From: a virus
Length of the DNA: 64,000 bases
IMG/VR virus record: IMGVR_UViG_3300026544_000001
Coordinates: 32,001 to 96,000 of that record
Direction: 5' to 3' (one strand)
The notes under the pieces were generated by a model, which was not told the DNA's origin, searched no databases, and saw only the letters and a list, made by a program, of their open reading frames with translations. Below are positions 20,036 through 28,895 of this stretch, in pieces (positions within the stretch are counted from its first letter, which is position 1; each line of letters begins with the position of its first letter). The translations under genes and the position numbers were made by a program.

Positions 20036-21814
20036 TTATTTCATTGCTGATTGTTCTATTACTGTATCATTAGCTACTTTATCTACAGATAATAGTATCT
20101 TACCAAATGCAATAGCTGCTTTAGTTGATGTAATATTCAATGTTTGTTGATATTGTTTTATTATAGTTTGTCTATTATCAAATAGATCTTGCAATTGTTT
20201 AGTATACTCTACTCTAGCTGTTGATCCTGGTAAGCATAGTATAGCATCATGTATACCTATTGCCCATTCATTAGTATTCATTAATTTAACTAATGTATTG
20301 TTAAGTAATTGACTATCTAGATTATGTACTAAACAAGTTGTATAGTATAATGAGAATCGTTTATAATCAGGTAATCTCATAGGTTTGTGTATCATAGTAG
20401 TCCTAAACTTGTTAATAGATGGATCCCAATATGTGTATACATTTAGTTTACTATCAATAGTCTTAAACTTATTCACTTCTATAGTAAACTCATCATTCCA
20501 TATATTAGCTTTATAGTTTGGTGTAGTTATATTACCAAACATAGTCCAATAGTCTTTAGATTGTCGTACTATACTAAAAGCACCTGATTTAAACTCTTGT
20601 TTTATTGCATTCATTTGCTCTTTAGATAGTTCAATATTCTTTTTAGCTAATAATTGCTTAAATGACTGATTAGAGCCATACGAAATAGGTGTACCAATAG
20701 CTTTAACACCTACTCTAGGTACATCTGCTACATCCCAAAAGTCTTTTAAACTATCTTTATTGATAAGATTAGTTTTATCCATAAGTCTACTATCTCCAAA
20801 TAGTAATCCTGTGATACCAGCTACTGAAGCTGTCATGTCTATCTCAATAGGTATATCCCATTTAACTATATCATTAGTAAATAGGGTATCTAATCTACTA
20901 TAGATTCGCTCTAACCATATATGTTCATGATCTATATGTTTAGGCAGTTCTCGTCTAAGGTATGCTGCTTTACCTGCTAATGCTTTAGTAGCCCATCTAT
21001 TAGATTTAATACCTAATAATTCAGCTATAAATCTATATATATCCTTAAGTTTACTATAGTCCTTAGTAGTAATCATAGTATACTTATTAGATATAAGTAA
21101 AGCTCTTGCATTCTTATCAGCTATAGGATTAAATACTCTTTTAAGTCCGGTATAGATAGATCTACCTCTACTATCACTAATGTTAGCTTCCATATTATAA
21201 CGAGCTTTAGGATTAGCTGTATAGTAAGCAAATAACCATTTAGATATTTCTCCATAGTTAAGTATATCATCTTCAACAAATGAAAATCGTTCCTTCATTT
21301 TAGTTATAGATTTAACTAGTTGTTCAGTGATATAGTCTTCGTACTTAATCATCATAGGTATGTCAAAGCTAAATTGTTGTTTAGCAGCATACTCAAATCC
21401 AGTACGAACTAATCCAATATCCTTAACACCAGATGGTGTACTAGTCAATAAACTAGATGACTCTTCAGTGTTACATTTAAGTGAGTATTGTCTAATCTTA
21501 ATAGATTTTCTATAGTTATCTCGTTCACTCGTAGTAGTATACTTAGCTATAGCTAATGTTGATAACTTAATAGATGCAAATTTAGCTGATCCATTAATAC
21601 TAAGCCAATTAGAATCTTTCTGAGTAAGAGCATAAGTAATCTTATTCATAAGTTCTTGACCTATCTTATCAATCCAATAAGGTATAGATAATGAGTTATT
21701 AAATACCCATGCTCGTTCAAGAGCTAAGATAAATTGTTTAGTTGGTTCCGAAGTTAGTTCAATATAATTTCGTACATTAGTTGTTGTATGTTGTGTTAAT
21801 AGGTTTAGTACCAT
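20036..21814 (-). CDS. Single-subunit T7-type DNA-dependent RNA polymerase (compact; N4 RNAPII-like)
   Basis: DSRGRSIY (DxxGR), motif A IEIDMTAS, motif B RVGVKAIGTPISYG, VHNLDS and motif C GIHDAI. Confidence 0.9.
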   Translation of the reverse strand: MVLNLLTQHTTTNVRNYIELTSEPTKQFILALERAWVFNNSLSIPYWIDKIGQELMNKITYALTQKDSNWLSINGSAKFASIKLSTLAIAKYTTTSERDNYRKSIKIRQYSLKCNTEESSSLLTSTPSGVKDIGLVRTGFEYAAKQQFSFDIPMMIKYEDYITEQLVKSITKMKERFSFVEDDILNYGEISKWLFAYYTANPKARYNMEANISDSRGRSIYTGLKRVFNPIADKNARALLISNKYTMITTKDYSKLKDIYRFIAELLGIKSNRWATKALAGKAAYLRRELPKHIDHEHIWLERIYSRLDTLFTNDIVKWDIPIEIDMTASVAGITGLLFGDSRLMDKTNLINKDSLKDFWDVADVPRVGVKAIGTPISYGSNQSFKQLLAKKNIELSKEQMNAIKQEFKSGAFSIVRQSKDYWTMFGNITTPNYKANIWNDEFTIEVNKFKTIDSKLNVYTYWDPSINKFRTTMIHKPMRLPDYKRFSLYYTTCLVHNLDSQLLNNTLVKLMNTNEWAIGIHDAILCLPGSTARVEYTKQLQDLFDNRQTIIKQYQQTLNITSTKAAIAFGKILLSVDKVANDTVIEQSAMK

Positions 21815-21887
21815 TTTATTTTCTCCTTATTAGTTAAAATAGTAACCCCATGAATAGTAGATGGGATTACTAAGTAATTGGTTAGTA

Positions 21888-22493
21888 TTATGCTGATTGT
21901 AATGCTTCACTAGCAGCTTTAGCTAGTTTAATTTCATCAAGTTCACGTTGTATCTTAGTCATAGCAATAGATTCATTCTTAGAGTAAACTTCTTCAGTCA
22001 TTTTGAAATCAACAGCAGATAGATTAGCAGCTTCAGCAAACTCAACATATGCATCATATAGTGCAACATAGTTAGGTTCTTCACCAGATACTACATTATA
22101 CTCATCATCCATAAAGCTATTGAAGCCTTTGTACTCTTTAATATCAAGCATCATATCATGAGTAATATTCCAACCTTTAGATTGTAATGTCTCTATGATT
22201 TCATCTTGTAAGTCAAGTTCCAACTGAGCATCCCATGGCTTATCAATGATAGGTGATGCATATAGAGCTACAAGCTTATTGATAGCAGCAGGTACTTTAC
22301 CATATGAGTCTTTTCTTATACCTCTTCTGAAGAATTGTTGTAAGAATTTATCATCTTTACCTAATTTAGTTGATAGTGATAAAACTATTGGTTTAAGTAC
22401 ATCTACTGATTGAGCTACTAGTCTATTGTTGATTGTTATATCACTGATTGTTCTTGTTGTTCCATCTAGTTTTGTTATTGTATTAATTTCCAT
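21888..22493 (-). CDS. Hypothetical early protein immediately upstream of the RNAP gene
   Basis: 201-aa ORF with RBS, preceded by the repeated 15-bp motif. Confidence 0.75.
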   Translation of the reverse strand: MEINTITKLDGTTRTISDITINNRLVAQSVDVLKPIVLSLSTKLGKDDKFLQQFFRRGIRKDSYGKVPAAINKLVALYASPIIDKPWDAQLELDLQDEIIETLQSKGWNITHDMMLDIKEYKGFNSFMDDEYNVVSGEEPNYVALYDAYVEFAEAANLSAVDFKMTEEVYSKNESIAMTKIQRELDEIKLAKAASEALQSA

Positions 22494-22550
22494 TATTATT
22501 CCTTTATATGGTTATTAGTGGTTGCTTACTTGAAGCTACAGTTTATGTTC

Positions 22551-22565
22551 CGTTACATTAAATTT
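22551..22565 (-). promoter_or_regulatory. Repeated early-region motif (candidate phage promoter), variant
   Basis: AAATTTAATGTAACG on the minus strand. Confidence 0.55.
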
Positions 22566-22686
22566 ATATATTGTAAATACTAGTAATGCTATAATAGTAC
22601 CTACTACTAAGATACTGAATACAGCATAGAGTAGAGATAGTATTAATGATATGACTAGGATGAGAGATGCTAAAAGTTGTAGTTGT

Positions 22687-22941
22687 TTAATCATCTATTA
22701 TCTCCTTGAAGGTTGCTTCTATACCAGATAAATCAGGTGGATATAGGTATAGGTAGAATGATATTGTGAATGATGCTACCATTGCGATAGACATACCTGT
22801 CTTAGTTCCTCCGAACATAAGGTTAAGTGCTAAGATCATTAAAAGATCTAATATAGCGTCTAGTTTATGGTTATGGTTGAACTTCCATCGTATTACGATT
22901 AGATTGAATGCTGATAGTACTCCTACTATTAGTACTTCCAT
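22687..22941 (-). CDS. Small membrane protein
   Basis: Three hydrophobic segments; RBS. Confidence 0.75.
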   Translation of the reverse strand: MEVLIVGVLSAFNLIVIRWKFNHNHKLDAILDLLMILALNLMFGGTKTGMSIAMVASFTISFYLYLYPPDLSGIEATFKEIIDD

Positions 22942-22960
22942 GTTTACTCCTTGTGTAGGT

Positions 22961-22975
22961 CACTACATTGAATTT
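22961..22975 (-). promoter_or_regulatory. Repeated early-region motif (candidate phage promoter)
   Basis: AAATTCAATGTAGTG on the minus strand, 20 nt before the ATG at 22941. Confidence 0.6.
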
Positions 22976-23066
22976 GTTTGTAGTGTGATTCAATTAATAT
23001 TATAGATGTTCTAAGATTACGTATTGTGCTATTATTGATCTTTTCGATTAGAATGTAGTGTAATAG

Positions 23067-23528
23067 TCATATTTCATTTTTAGTTGATATTTGTACATCA
23101 TAATTTGAATCTATTATAGTTTCTGCTATAACTAAATCATGATCTAATAATTTACTACCTTCTTGAAATTCAGTAACATCTTTTTTACCTAATATCCATG
23201 TAGATCTAACTATACCTTTATGAGTTTCTTGCTCAAAATGTATCCAACCTGTGTTAGATAGTTTTAATCTATAATGTTTAACTTTTCTAGATGTCCATCC
23301 TATAGATCTTCCTACTAATATATCGTCTAATAGATTAAAATGTGTTACATAAGCTTTACTTACATAATAGTTATATAGATATAGTGCCTCTGCATTTATA
23401 TCTGAAACTAACTCTCTTTGTAAAGCTAAACTAAGAGTGTAGGTACTTTTTGAATGATGTTTCTTACTCATAATGCATGTTCCTCGGTAGATAAATTTTT
23501 GTTTAAGCTTACTTTTGCTATACTTCAT
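23067..23528 (-). CDS. Winged-HTH DNA-binding protein, paralog of 2686..3114
   Basis: ALYLYNYY...VGRSIGWTSRKVKHYRLKLSNTGWI. Confidence 0.7.
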   Translation of the reverse strand: MKYSKSKLKQKFIYRGTCIMSKKHHSKSTYTLSLALQRELVSDINAEALYLYNYYVSKAYVTHFNLLDDILVGRSIGWTSRKVKHYRLKLSNTGWIHFEQETHKGIVRSTWILGKKDVTEFQEGSKLLDHDLVIAETIIDSNYDVQISTKNEI

Positions 23529-23630
23529 TTAACAATCCTTAATGGAAGAGTTAAAATTATTAACCACATCTAAAAGTTAATCTCTTCCTTCTAACCAAAA
23601 GTTTACCAAATGTTGTCTGATATATACCTT

Positions 23631-23672
23631 AACTGGACAAGATCTTGTCCAATGACCCTATAACTGGACAAT
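23631..23672. repeat. Perfect palindrome TGGACAAGATCTTGTCCA plus a third half-site
   Basis: Palindrome at 23634..23651; aactggacaa repeated at 23662. Confidence 0.85.
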
Positions 23673-23806
23673 ATTGTGTTAGTACTGAATTTAACTATAA
23701 TACCGATGTATACTAGCTTATAATCAATTTAATGGTAAATTAGAATCACTACCTTATATTATATATTATATATTATATATGTAGATTCTAATTGATAGAG
23801 TGCATA

Positions 23807-23835
23807 AGTAAAAGATATACTCTCTTTAGGATACT
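23807..23835. repeat. 29-bp direct repeat, copy 1
   Basis: agtaaaagatatactctctttaggatact, identical at 24450..24478. Confidence 0.92.
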
Positions 23836-23844
23836 AAATAATTA

Positions 23845-24270
23845 CTATAGCCTATTATCCCATTTTAGTTTATACTTATCATAATTAGATGGTAATAATA
23901 GATCAGGATTTATCATATAATTGTATCTATCTATTTTACCTATTATGTTCTTTTTACGTAAGCTACTTACTGCTGTAGATATCTTTTTCTTCTGTGACTC
24001 TGTACAAGCTATTAAACTACGTTGAAATTGTACTATAGGTACATACTCTTTCTCTATTGGACAATAGTTTATCTTGTTCTTAATATACTTAATAACTTCT
24101 TGCTCTGACTTTGTTAATTTCATTACTATGTCTACTAAATCCATTTGTATTGCTCCTCTATCTACACCTAATCGTATAAAAGGTATATGTGCTTTAACAC
24201 TATCCTCTTCAACTATGGTTACTTTTTTACCTTTTTTTAAGGTAACACTTACTATACTGTTATCATCCAT
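23845..24270 (-). CDS. RepL-like winged-HTH protein
   Basis: LTKSEQEVIKYI...ISTAVSSLRKKNII...YMINP, the plasmid RepL pattern. Confidence 0.7.
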   Translation of the reverse strand: MDDNSIVSVTLKKGKKVTIVEEDSVKAHIPFIRLGVDRGAIQMDLVDIVMKLTKSEQEVIKYIKNKINYCPIEKEYVPIVQFQRSLIACTESQKKKISTAVSSLRKKNIIGKIDRYNYMINPDLLLPSNYDKYKLKWDNRL

Positions 24271-24328
24271 TTAGCAACTCCTTGCTTAATTATTTCTTCG
24301 ACATTATTATAGTAGGTGTTAGCTTAAT

Positions 24329-24381
24329 AGTCCCTTTAAATAGGGATTTTACTAGTTATAAAGTCCCTTTAACTAGGGACT
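24329..24381. repeat. Two imperfect palindromes AGTCCCTTTAAnTAGGGA(CT)
   Basis: Copies at 24329 and 24362, directly upstream of the TTAAG..TATAAT promoter of the RepL-like gene. Confidence 0.85.
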
Positions 24382-24449
24382 CAAAATAAGTACTAATACG
24401 ATGGTTAAGCTATAGTTACATTCTAAGAGTATATAGCTAACTAGGTAAT

Positions 24450-24478
24450 AGTAAAAGATATACTCTCTTTAGGATACT
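24450..24478. repeat. 29-bp direct repeat, copy 2
   Basis: Identical to 23807..23835. Confidence 0.92.
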
Positions 24479-24505
24479 CTCATAGAAAAAGATAGTAACA
24501 ACCTA

Positions 24506-24787
24506 TTAGGCTGCTACATCTTTAGCTTGAGTTTCTGCTTTAACTTGTTCATCAGATACTTGTTTACCTGATAGTACCATAGCTATTTGATTGTTAGTTA
24601 CAACTCTTTCTAATGACTCTAATTGTTTAAGTTGCTCATTTCTAACTGAAGCATTAGAGATAAGTATTTCATTACCATAAGTTGATACTGTATCATCTAT
24701 TAGTTGAGCTGAAGTGTCTACTACATTAAGAGTTGTAGTTACTGGAGTCCATACTTGACCGATTGCTTTTTTGATTGATTTAAACAT
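24506..24787 (-). CDS. Hypothetical early protein (probable start MFKSIKK)
   Basis: AAAGGA RBS before the ATG at 24787. Confidence 0.7.
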   Translation of the reverse strand: MFKSIKKAIGQVWTPVTTTLNVVDTSAQLIDDTVSTYGNEILISNASVRNEQLKQLESLERVVTNNQIAMVLSGKQVSDEQVKAETQAKDVAA

Positions 24788-24853
24788 TATTAATCCTTTA
24801 TGATTATTTGATATATGATTGTACTGTATGTACACTAGTTGCTTGGTAATTAC

Positions 24854-24868
24854 CACTACATTAAATTT
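24854..24868 (-). promoter_or_regulatory. Repeated early-region motif (candidate phage promoter)
   Basis: AAATTTAATGTAGTG on the minus strand. Confidence 0.6.
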
Positions 24869-24993
24869 CTATAAGCTATATTCAGCACATAGTAATAGCA
24901 TCTCTAAGTCAAGATCTATTATAGAGGTATAGTCTAACATATTAACTCCTTATTTATTATGTGTATAACTATACGATAAATAGTTATACAATT

Positions 24994-25008
24994 CACTACA
25001 TTAAATTT
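24994..25008 (-). promoter_or_regulatory. Repeated early-region motif (candidate phage promoter)
   Basis: AAATTTAATGTAGTG on the minus strand. Confidence 0.6.
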
Positions 25009-25316
25009 AAAAGGGTCCCCTATAGAAGTATATGGAGACTAGTGGGGGGGTGTAATTTAAATAATAGGCATAGAAACGGAGATACTACCCCTCTTGCTAC
25101 ATAATATAATTTCCTCAAATCTACAAAATTATAAAATTAAGTTGCTTATTAATAGCTCTAAACAGCTCATAGTCGGTCTACAAACAACAAACGTATAGAT
25201 TAAATACCATAAAGTAGGGCAAAAATATTATAGGTTATTTGCTAACTACTAGCTCAATAATATTGACATTATAGTTAAATATGTGTATACTATGATAAAC
25301 AGTATAGGAGATTAAT

Positions 25317-26120
25317 ATGAATAATGAGTATGAAAAAGATAATAGTACTAAACAACCATTAATTGATGGGATGACCCCTACTATCAAGGAACAATATTTA
25401 GATAGAGATAAGTTAATGAGATTTCTACCTAAAGGTAGTAGAAGAACTGTTACTGATGAGTTGATGAAAAAGATAAAGAGTATTGAGGAAGATGCAGGGA
25501 TACTACAAGAGTATGCTGAAGAACAAATACTTACACATATAGGTGTGTTGAAGGAAGTTAAGTGTAGTGTTGGTGAGTACATTGATGCTGTTAAGTTTGT
25601 ATCCTTGACTAATAGTGGTATGAGTAATAGTAAGGCTTATGAGATAGTATTTCCTGAGCGAGTTAAGAAGATCATGGATAGAACTGGTGAGATGAATACT
25701 AGTTGGAGTACACAGTATAACCAGAATGCGATAGTTACTAAGTTAAGAGTTGCTATGTATGTACCTGTGCAGATTACACATAAGCCTATTGAAGCGCATG
25801 CTATTAATACATTGTTTGCTTTGAGTAGAGGCGAGAGTCCTGTTGAAGGTATGAGAGTTAGTGCTAATGTTGTTAAAGACAGTGCTATTGGATTATTGAA
25901 TTATTTCAAGGAAGAGAAGGATAAAGGTACCACTATTAACATAGGTGTTGGTGAGAGTGATGAAGCATTAAAGGTTAAGAAACAGATGGCTGATAGTATA
26001 GAGAAGATGATTGAGTTACAAAGAGAAGCTTTTCAAAAAGGTATTCCCGTTGAGGATATACAGAAAATGTATATAGATGTTGAAGTATCTGAAGGAGGCG
26101 ATGAAGATGCTTACTGTTGA
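25317..26120 (+). CDS. N4 gp69-like protein, putative terminase small subunit
   Basis: FLPK...VLKE...EYIDAVKFVS...AYEIVFPER resembles N4 gp69; lies directly upstream of terL. Confidence 0.75.
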   Translation: MNNEYEKDNSTKQPLIDGMTPTIKEQYLDRDKLMRFLPKGSRRTVTDELMKKIKSIEEDAGILQEYAEEQILTHIGVLKEVKCSVGEYIDAVKFVSLTNSGMSNSKAYEIVFPERVKKIMDRTGEMNTSWSTQYNQNAIVTKLRVAMYVPVQITHKPIEAHAINTLFALSRGESPVEGMRVSANVVKDSAIGLLNYFKEEKDKGTTINIGVGESDEALKVKKQMADSIEKMIELQREAFQKGIPVEDIQKMYIDVEVSEGGDEDAYC

Positions 26121-28017
26121 TATGTTAGATGAGGAGTTAGCTAAGATATACCCTAATGGTGTTGATTGTCACAAAGGCTTAGCTGTAGGCTCTGATGGTA
26201 TTGTGTTTAAGCACTTGGAAGGTAAAAGACCTACAGTAGATGAGTTATTAGATTGTGTAGATGTAGAACTTACTTGGTATGTTCCTAGTGATTTTGCTAT
26301 AGAGTTTGTTATGTTTATTAGTTTAGTGTTAGGTGAAAGTCCTCAGAATAAGAATAGTAAACCACAGTATTTTATGATAGATTGCATGTTTCAACAGTTA
26401 AATGTTAAACCTTACTTTATGGTAAGAAACATAAACTTTGATGACATGGTTGGAGAGACTGTTATACTATGTTCAAGGGAATTCGGGAAATCTGCACTTG
26501 TTACCTACTTTATATTGTATATGGCGTACAAGCAGTTTGTGCCCGGGTTTGGTAGAGTTAATTATGGGTTATATGTTAGTGATAGTATGCGTAATAATGT
26601 TAAAAAAATGATGGGTAGATTGAAAGGTATTTATAATGAGAGTAGATTTCTACAGGATAAGTTTGAAGAAGTAGCTATAACGCAAGAAGAAGCTGTGTTT
26701 GTTAGAAAACCGGAAACTAAAAAAGAACTAGAGTCTTACAGGCATACAGTAGAGATTGAGAAGAAACCTGCTAATCAAGTTCCTGGTAGAATGAAAAGAA
26801 TATTTAAAGTTGATGGTCTTGGCGCTAGCACTAGTTCTAGAGGGGCCAGTAACTTATTAAGTAGACCTGACTTTTTTATATGTGATGATATGATAGCTAA
26901 TGAGAAGGATGCTAGAAGTGATGCTGTATTAGATAGTATAGAGAGTACTATAGAAAGTGATGTTAGAGGGGGTATGAGCGGTAATGGGTACTTTGGTGTA
27001 TTGATAGGTACGCCTTATAATAAAAGTGATCCTATTTATAGTAGAATAGAGAGTGCTGCAGCATTACCTGTTGTATTTCCTAGAGCGGAACAAATGCCTA
27101 CTGATGACTTAGATAAAAGTGTATTTAAGAGTGTATGGCCTGATAGACACACCTATAAGAACTGTAGAAAGGAGTATGTAGCTGCTAGAATGGCTAAGCA
27201 GATGACAGGTAATAATCAGAAGATGCGAAGTTTACTGCAAGAGCATTACTTACGAATTAGTGATCAGGATGAAAGAATGATACCTGATAGTATGCTGCAG
27301 TGGTATAGTAGGAAGAGTTTAGGCAGGTATTTAGAAGGTTATAAGTTATACATGACTACCGACTTTACCGCTAGTAATACTATTGATAACGGAGACTATA
27401 GTGTAATAGCTATGTGGGCATGTACTAATAATAAGGACTGGTTTATGTTGGACTTAGTGTGCAGAAGGATGACTATACAGCAACAGTTTACTGAATGTGT
27501 TAATATGGTGCAGAAATGGAGTGTTAGTTCTGGTCAGCATATAACAGTAGGTGTAGAGATAGATGGGCAGCAGCAAACTAATATCTATAGTTTACAAGAG
27601 CTACAAAGGAAGCATCAAGTATGGTTTAGTTTTGCTAGTCAGATAGGTCAAGGTACTGATAAGTTTGGTATAAGTCGTAGAAGAAGCGGTAACGATAAGC
27701 ATGGTAACTTTATGCAGATACAGCACTTATTTTTTGATAGAAAGATATTCTTTCCTGAGGAGTTAGCTGAGTCTCCTGATATGCTGGAGTTGATGGATGA
27801 GTTGAAATATATTACTTATACATCTATTAATAGTAAGCATGATGATGCACTTGACGTTATTAGTATGTTAGGACTGGTTAATGTAATATACCCTAATGTA
27901 GACGTAGTTACACATAAGGTAATTGATACAGTAGACAGTAGTTGGAATGTATATAAAAGCAAAGAGAATTTTATGGAAGATGAGTATGAAGACGCTGGTT
28001 GGGCAAGCTATATTTAA
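26101..28017 (+). CDS. terL: Terminase large subunit (N4-like)
   Basis: YVPSDFAIEF, Walker A SREFGKS, RPDFFICDD, IGTP, nuclease TTDF and HDDALD; exact start uncertain. Confidence 0.92.
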   Translation: MKMLTVDMLDEELAKIYPNGVDCHKGLAVGSDGIVFKHLEGKRPTVDELLDCVDVELTWYVPSDFAIEFVMFISLVLGESPQNKNSKPQYFMIDCMFQQLNVKPYFMVRNINFDDMVGETVILCSREFGKSALVTYFILYMAYKQFVPGFGRVNYGLYVSDSMRNNVKKMMGRLKGIYNESRFLQDKFEEVAITQEEAVFVRKPETKKELESYRHTVEIEKKPANQVPGRMKRIFKVDGLGASTSSRGASNLLSRPDFFICDDMIANEKDARSDAVLDSIESTIESDVRGGMSGNGYFGVLIGTPYNKSDPIYSRIESAAALPVVFPRAEQMPTDDLDKSVFKSVWPDRHTYKNCRKEYVAARMAKQMTGNNQKMRSLLQEHYLRISDQDERMIPDSMLQWYSRKSLGRYLEGYKLYMTTDFTASNTIDNGDYSVIAMWACTNNKDWFMLDLVCRRMTIQQQFTECVNMVQKWSVSSGQHITVGVEIDGQQQTNIYSLQELQRKHQVWFSFASQIGQGTDKFGISRRRSGNDKHGNFMQIQHLFFDRKIFFPEELAESPDMLELMDELKYITYTSINSKHDDALDVISMLGLVNVIYPNVDVVTHKVIDTVDSSWNVYKSKENFMEDEYEDAGWASYI

Positions 28018-28063
28018 GTAAAATATTGATATAATAGGTTTAAAATAAATAAGGAAATGTACA

Positions 28064-28525
28064 ATGACATATGGTGAAGTATTAGATTTAGTTTCTGTTT
28101 ACACTACTGGAGATCTTAAAATGCCTCAGGAAGATAGTAAGAAACTAGTTGCATTAAAATCTGCATTCTATTTTGCTGCTGACCATTGTACCGCTCTTAA
28201 ACTACTGACTGCTAATAAAGCCTCATCTATTATACGTATGGGTCCTGGTGGTACTTACGTACGTATGCCAAACTTGCCTAGAGACCTAACTGATGAACTT
28301 GACATAGATAGTGAGTTATGTCCAGCTATTGCTAGGGTAATGGCGTCGTATTTTACTAAAGATATTAGTACTAGGAATTACCATAAAAAAGAAGCTATAG
28401 AAGTATTTCATGCTTATAATGATAAAGTATCAGAGTTTATGGAAGAACAGAACTCTTTAGGGGTATATGATGAAGTAACTGGTGACAGTGCCCAAGCAGT
28501 GTATGGGAATATCTATGCTGTTTAA
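28064..28525 (+). CDS. Putative virion head-tail/adaptor protein
   Basis: Position after terL; host-type promoter and RBS upstream; function inferred from context. Confidence 0.55.
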   Translation: MTYGEVLDLVSVYTTGDLKMPQEDSKKLVALKSAFYFAADHCTALKLLTANKASSIIRMGPGGTYVRMPNLPRDLTDELDIDSELCPAIARVMASYFTKDISTRNYHKKEAIEVFHAYNDKVSEFMEEQNSLGVYDEVTGDSAQAVYGNIYAV

Positions 28526-28877
28526 TAATGTAGAATTTTATAGAGACTATAATAAGATTAATAAAGCTGTTACAGATGCTACTAACTTATTTGGTGAAAA
28601 TGTTCCTTATGTAAAAGACAGAAGAATAGAAGGTAAAGTTGTTATATTTGATAAACACTTTATTGATGGGGTAATACTTGCATTAACCAATGGCTGTATG
28701 GCTATGTTCAATGATACTGAAGCTGCGTTATTTGAGGATTTCCTCAGATCACAAGATAACTATTCATTTAGAGATATTACGTATGATAATGATGATATAC
28801 TTGTAGCACTAGATAAGTGGTTATTAAATTTAACATTAGAACTAGATAACCCGGTTATAAATAGTTGTATTAAGTAA
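28515..28877 (+). CDS. Hypothetical protein
   Basis: Coupled ORF, probable start MLFNN. Confidence 0.6.
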   Translation: MLFNNVEFYRDYNKINKAVTDATNLFGENVPYVKDRRIEGKVVIFDKHFIDGVILALTNGCMAMFNDTEAALFEDFLRSQDNYSFRDITYDNDDILVALDKWLLNLTLELDNPVINSCIK

Positions 28878-28895
28878 TAGATAAAAGGTAAATAA

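Noticed and set aside
26101-28017. Intein or intron in terL
   Set aside because: The extra length is a short insertion and an N-terminal extension; no intein splice or LAGLIDADG motifs were seen.
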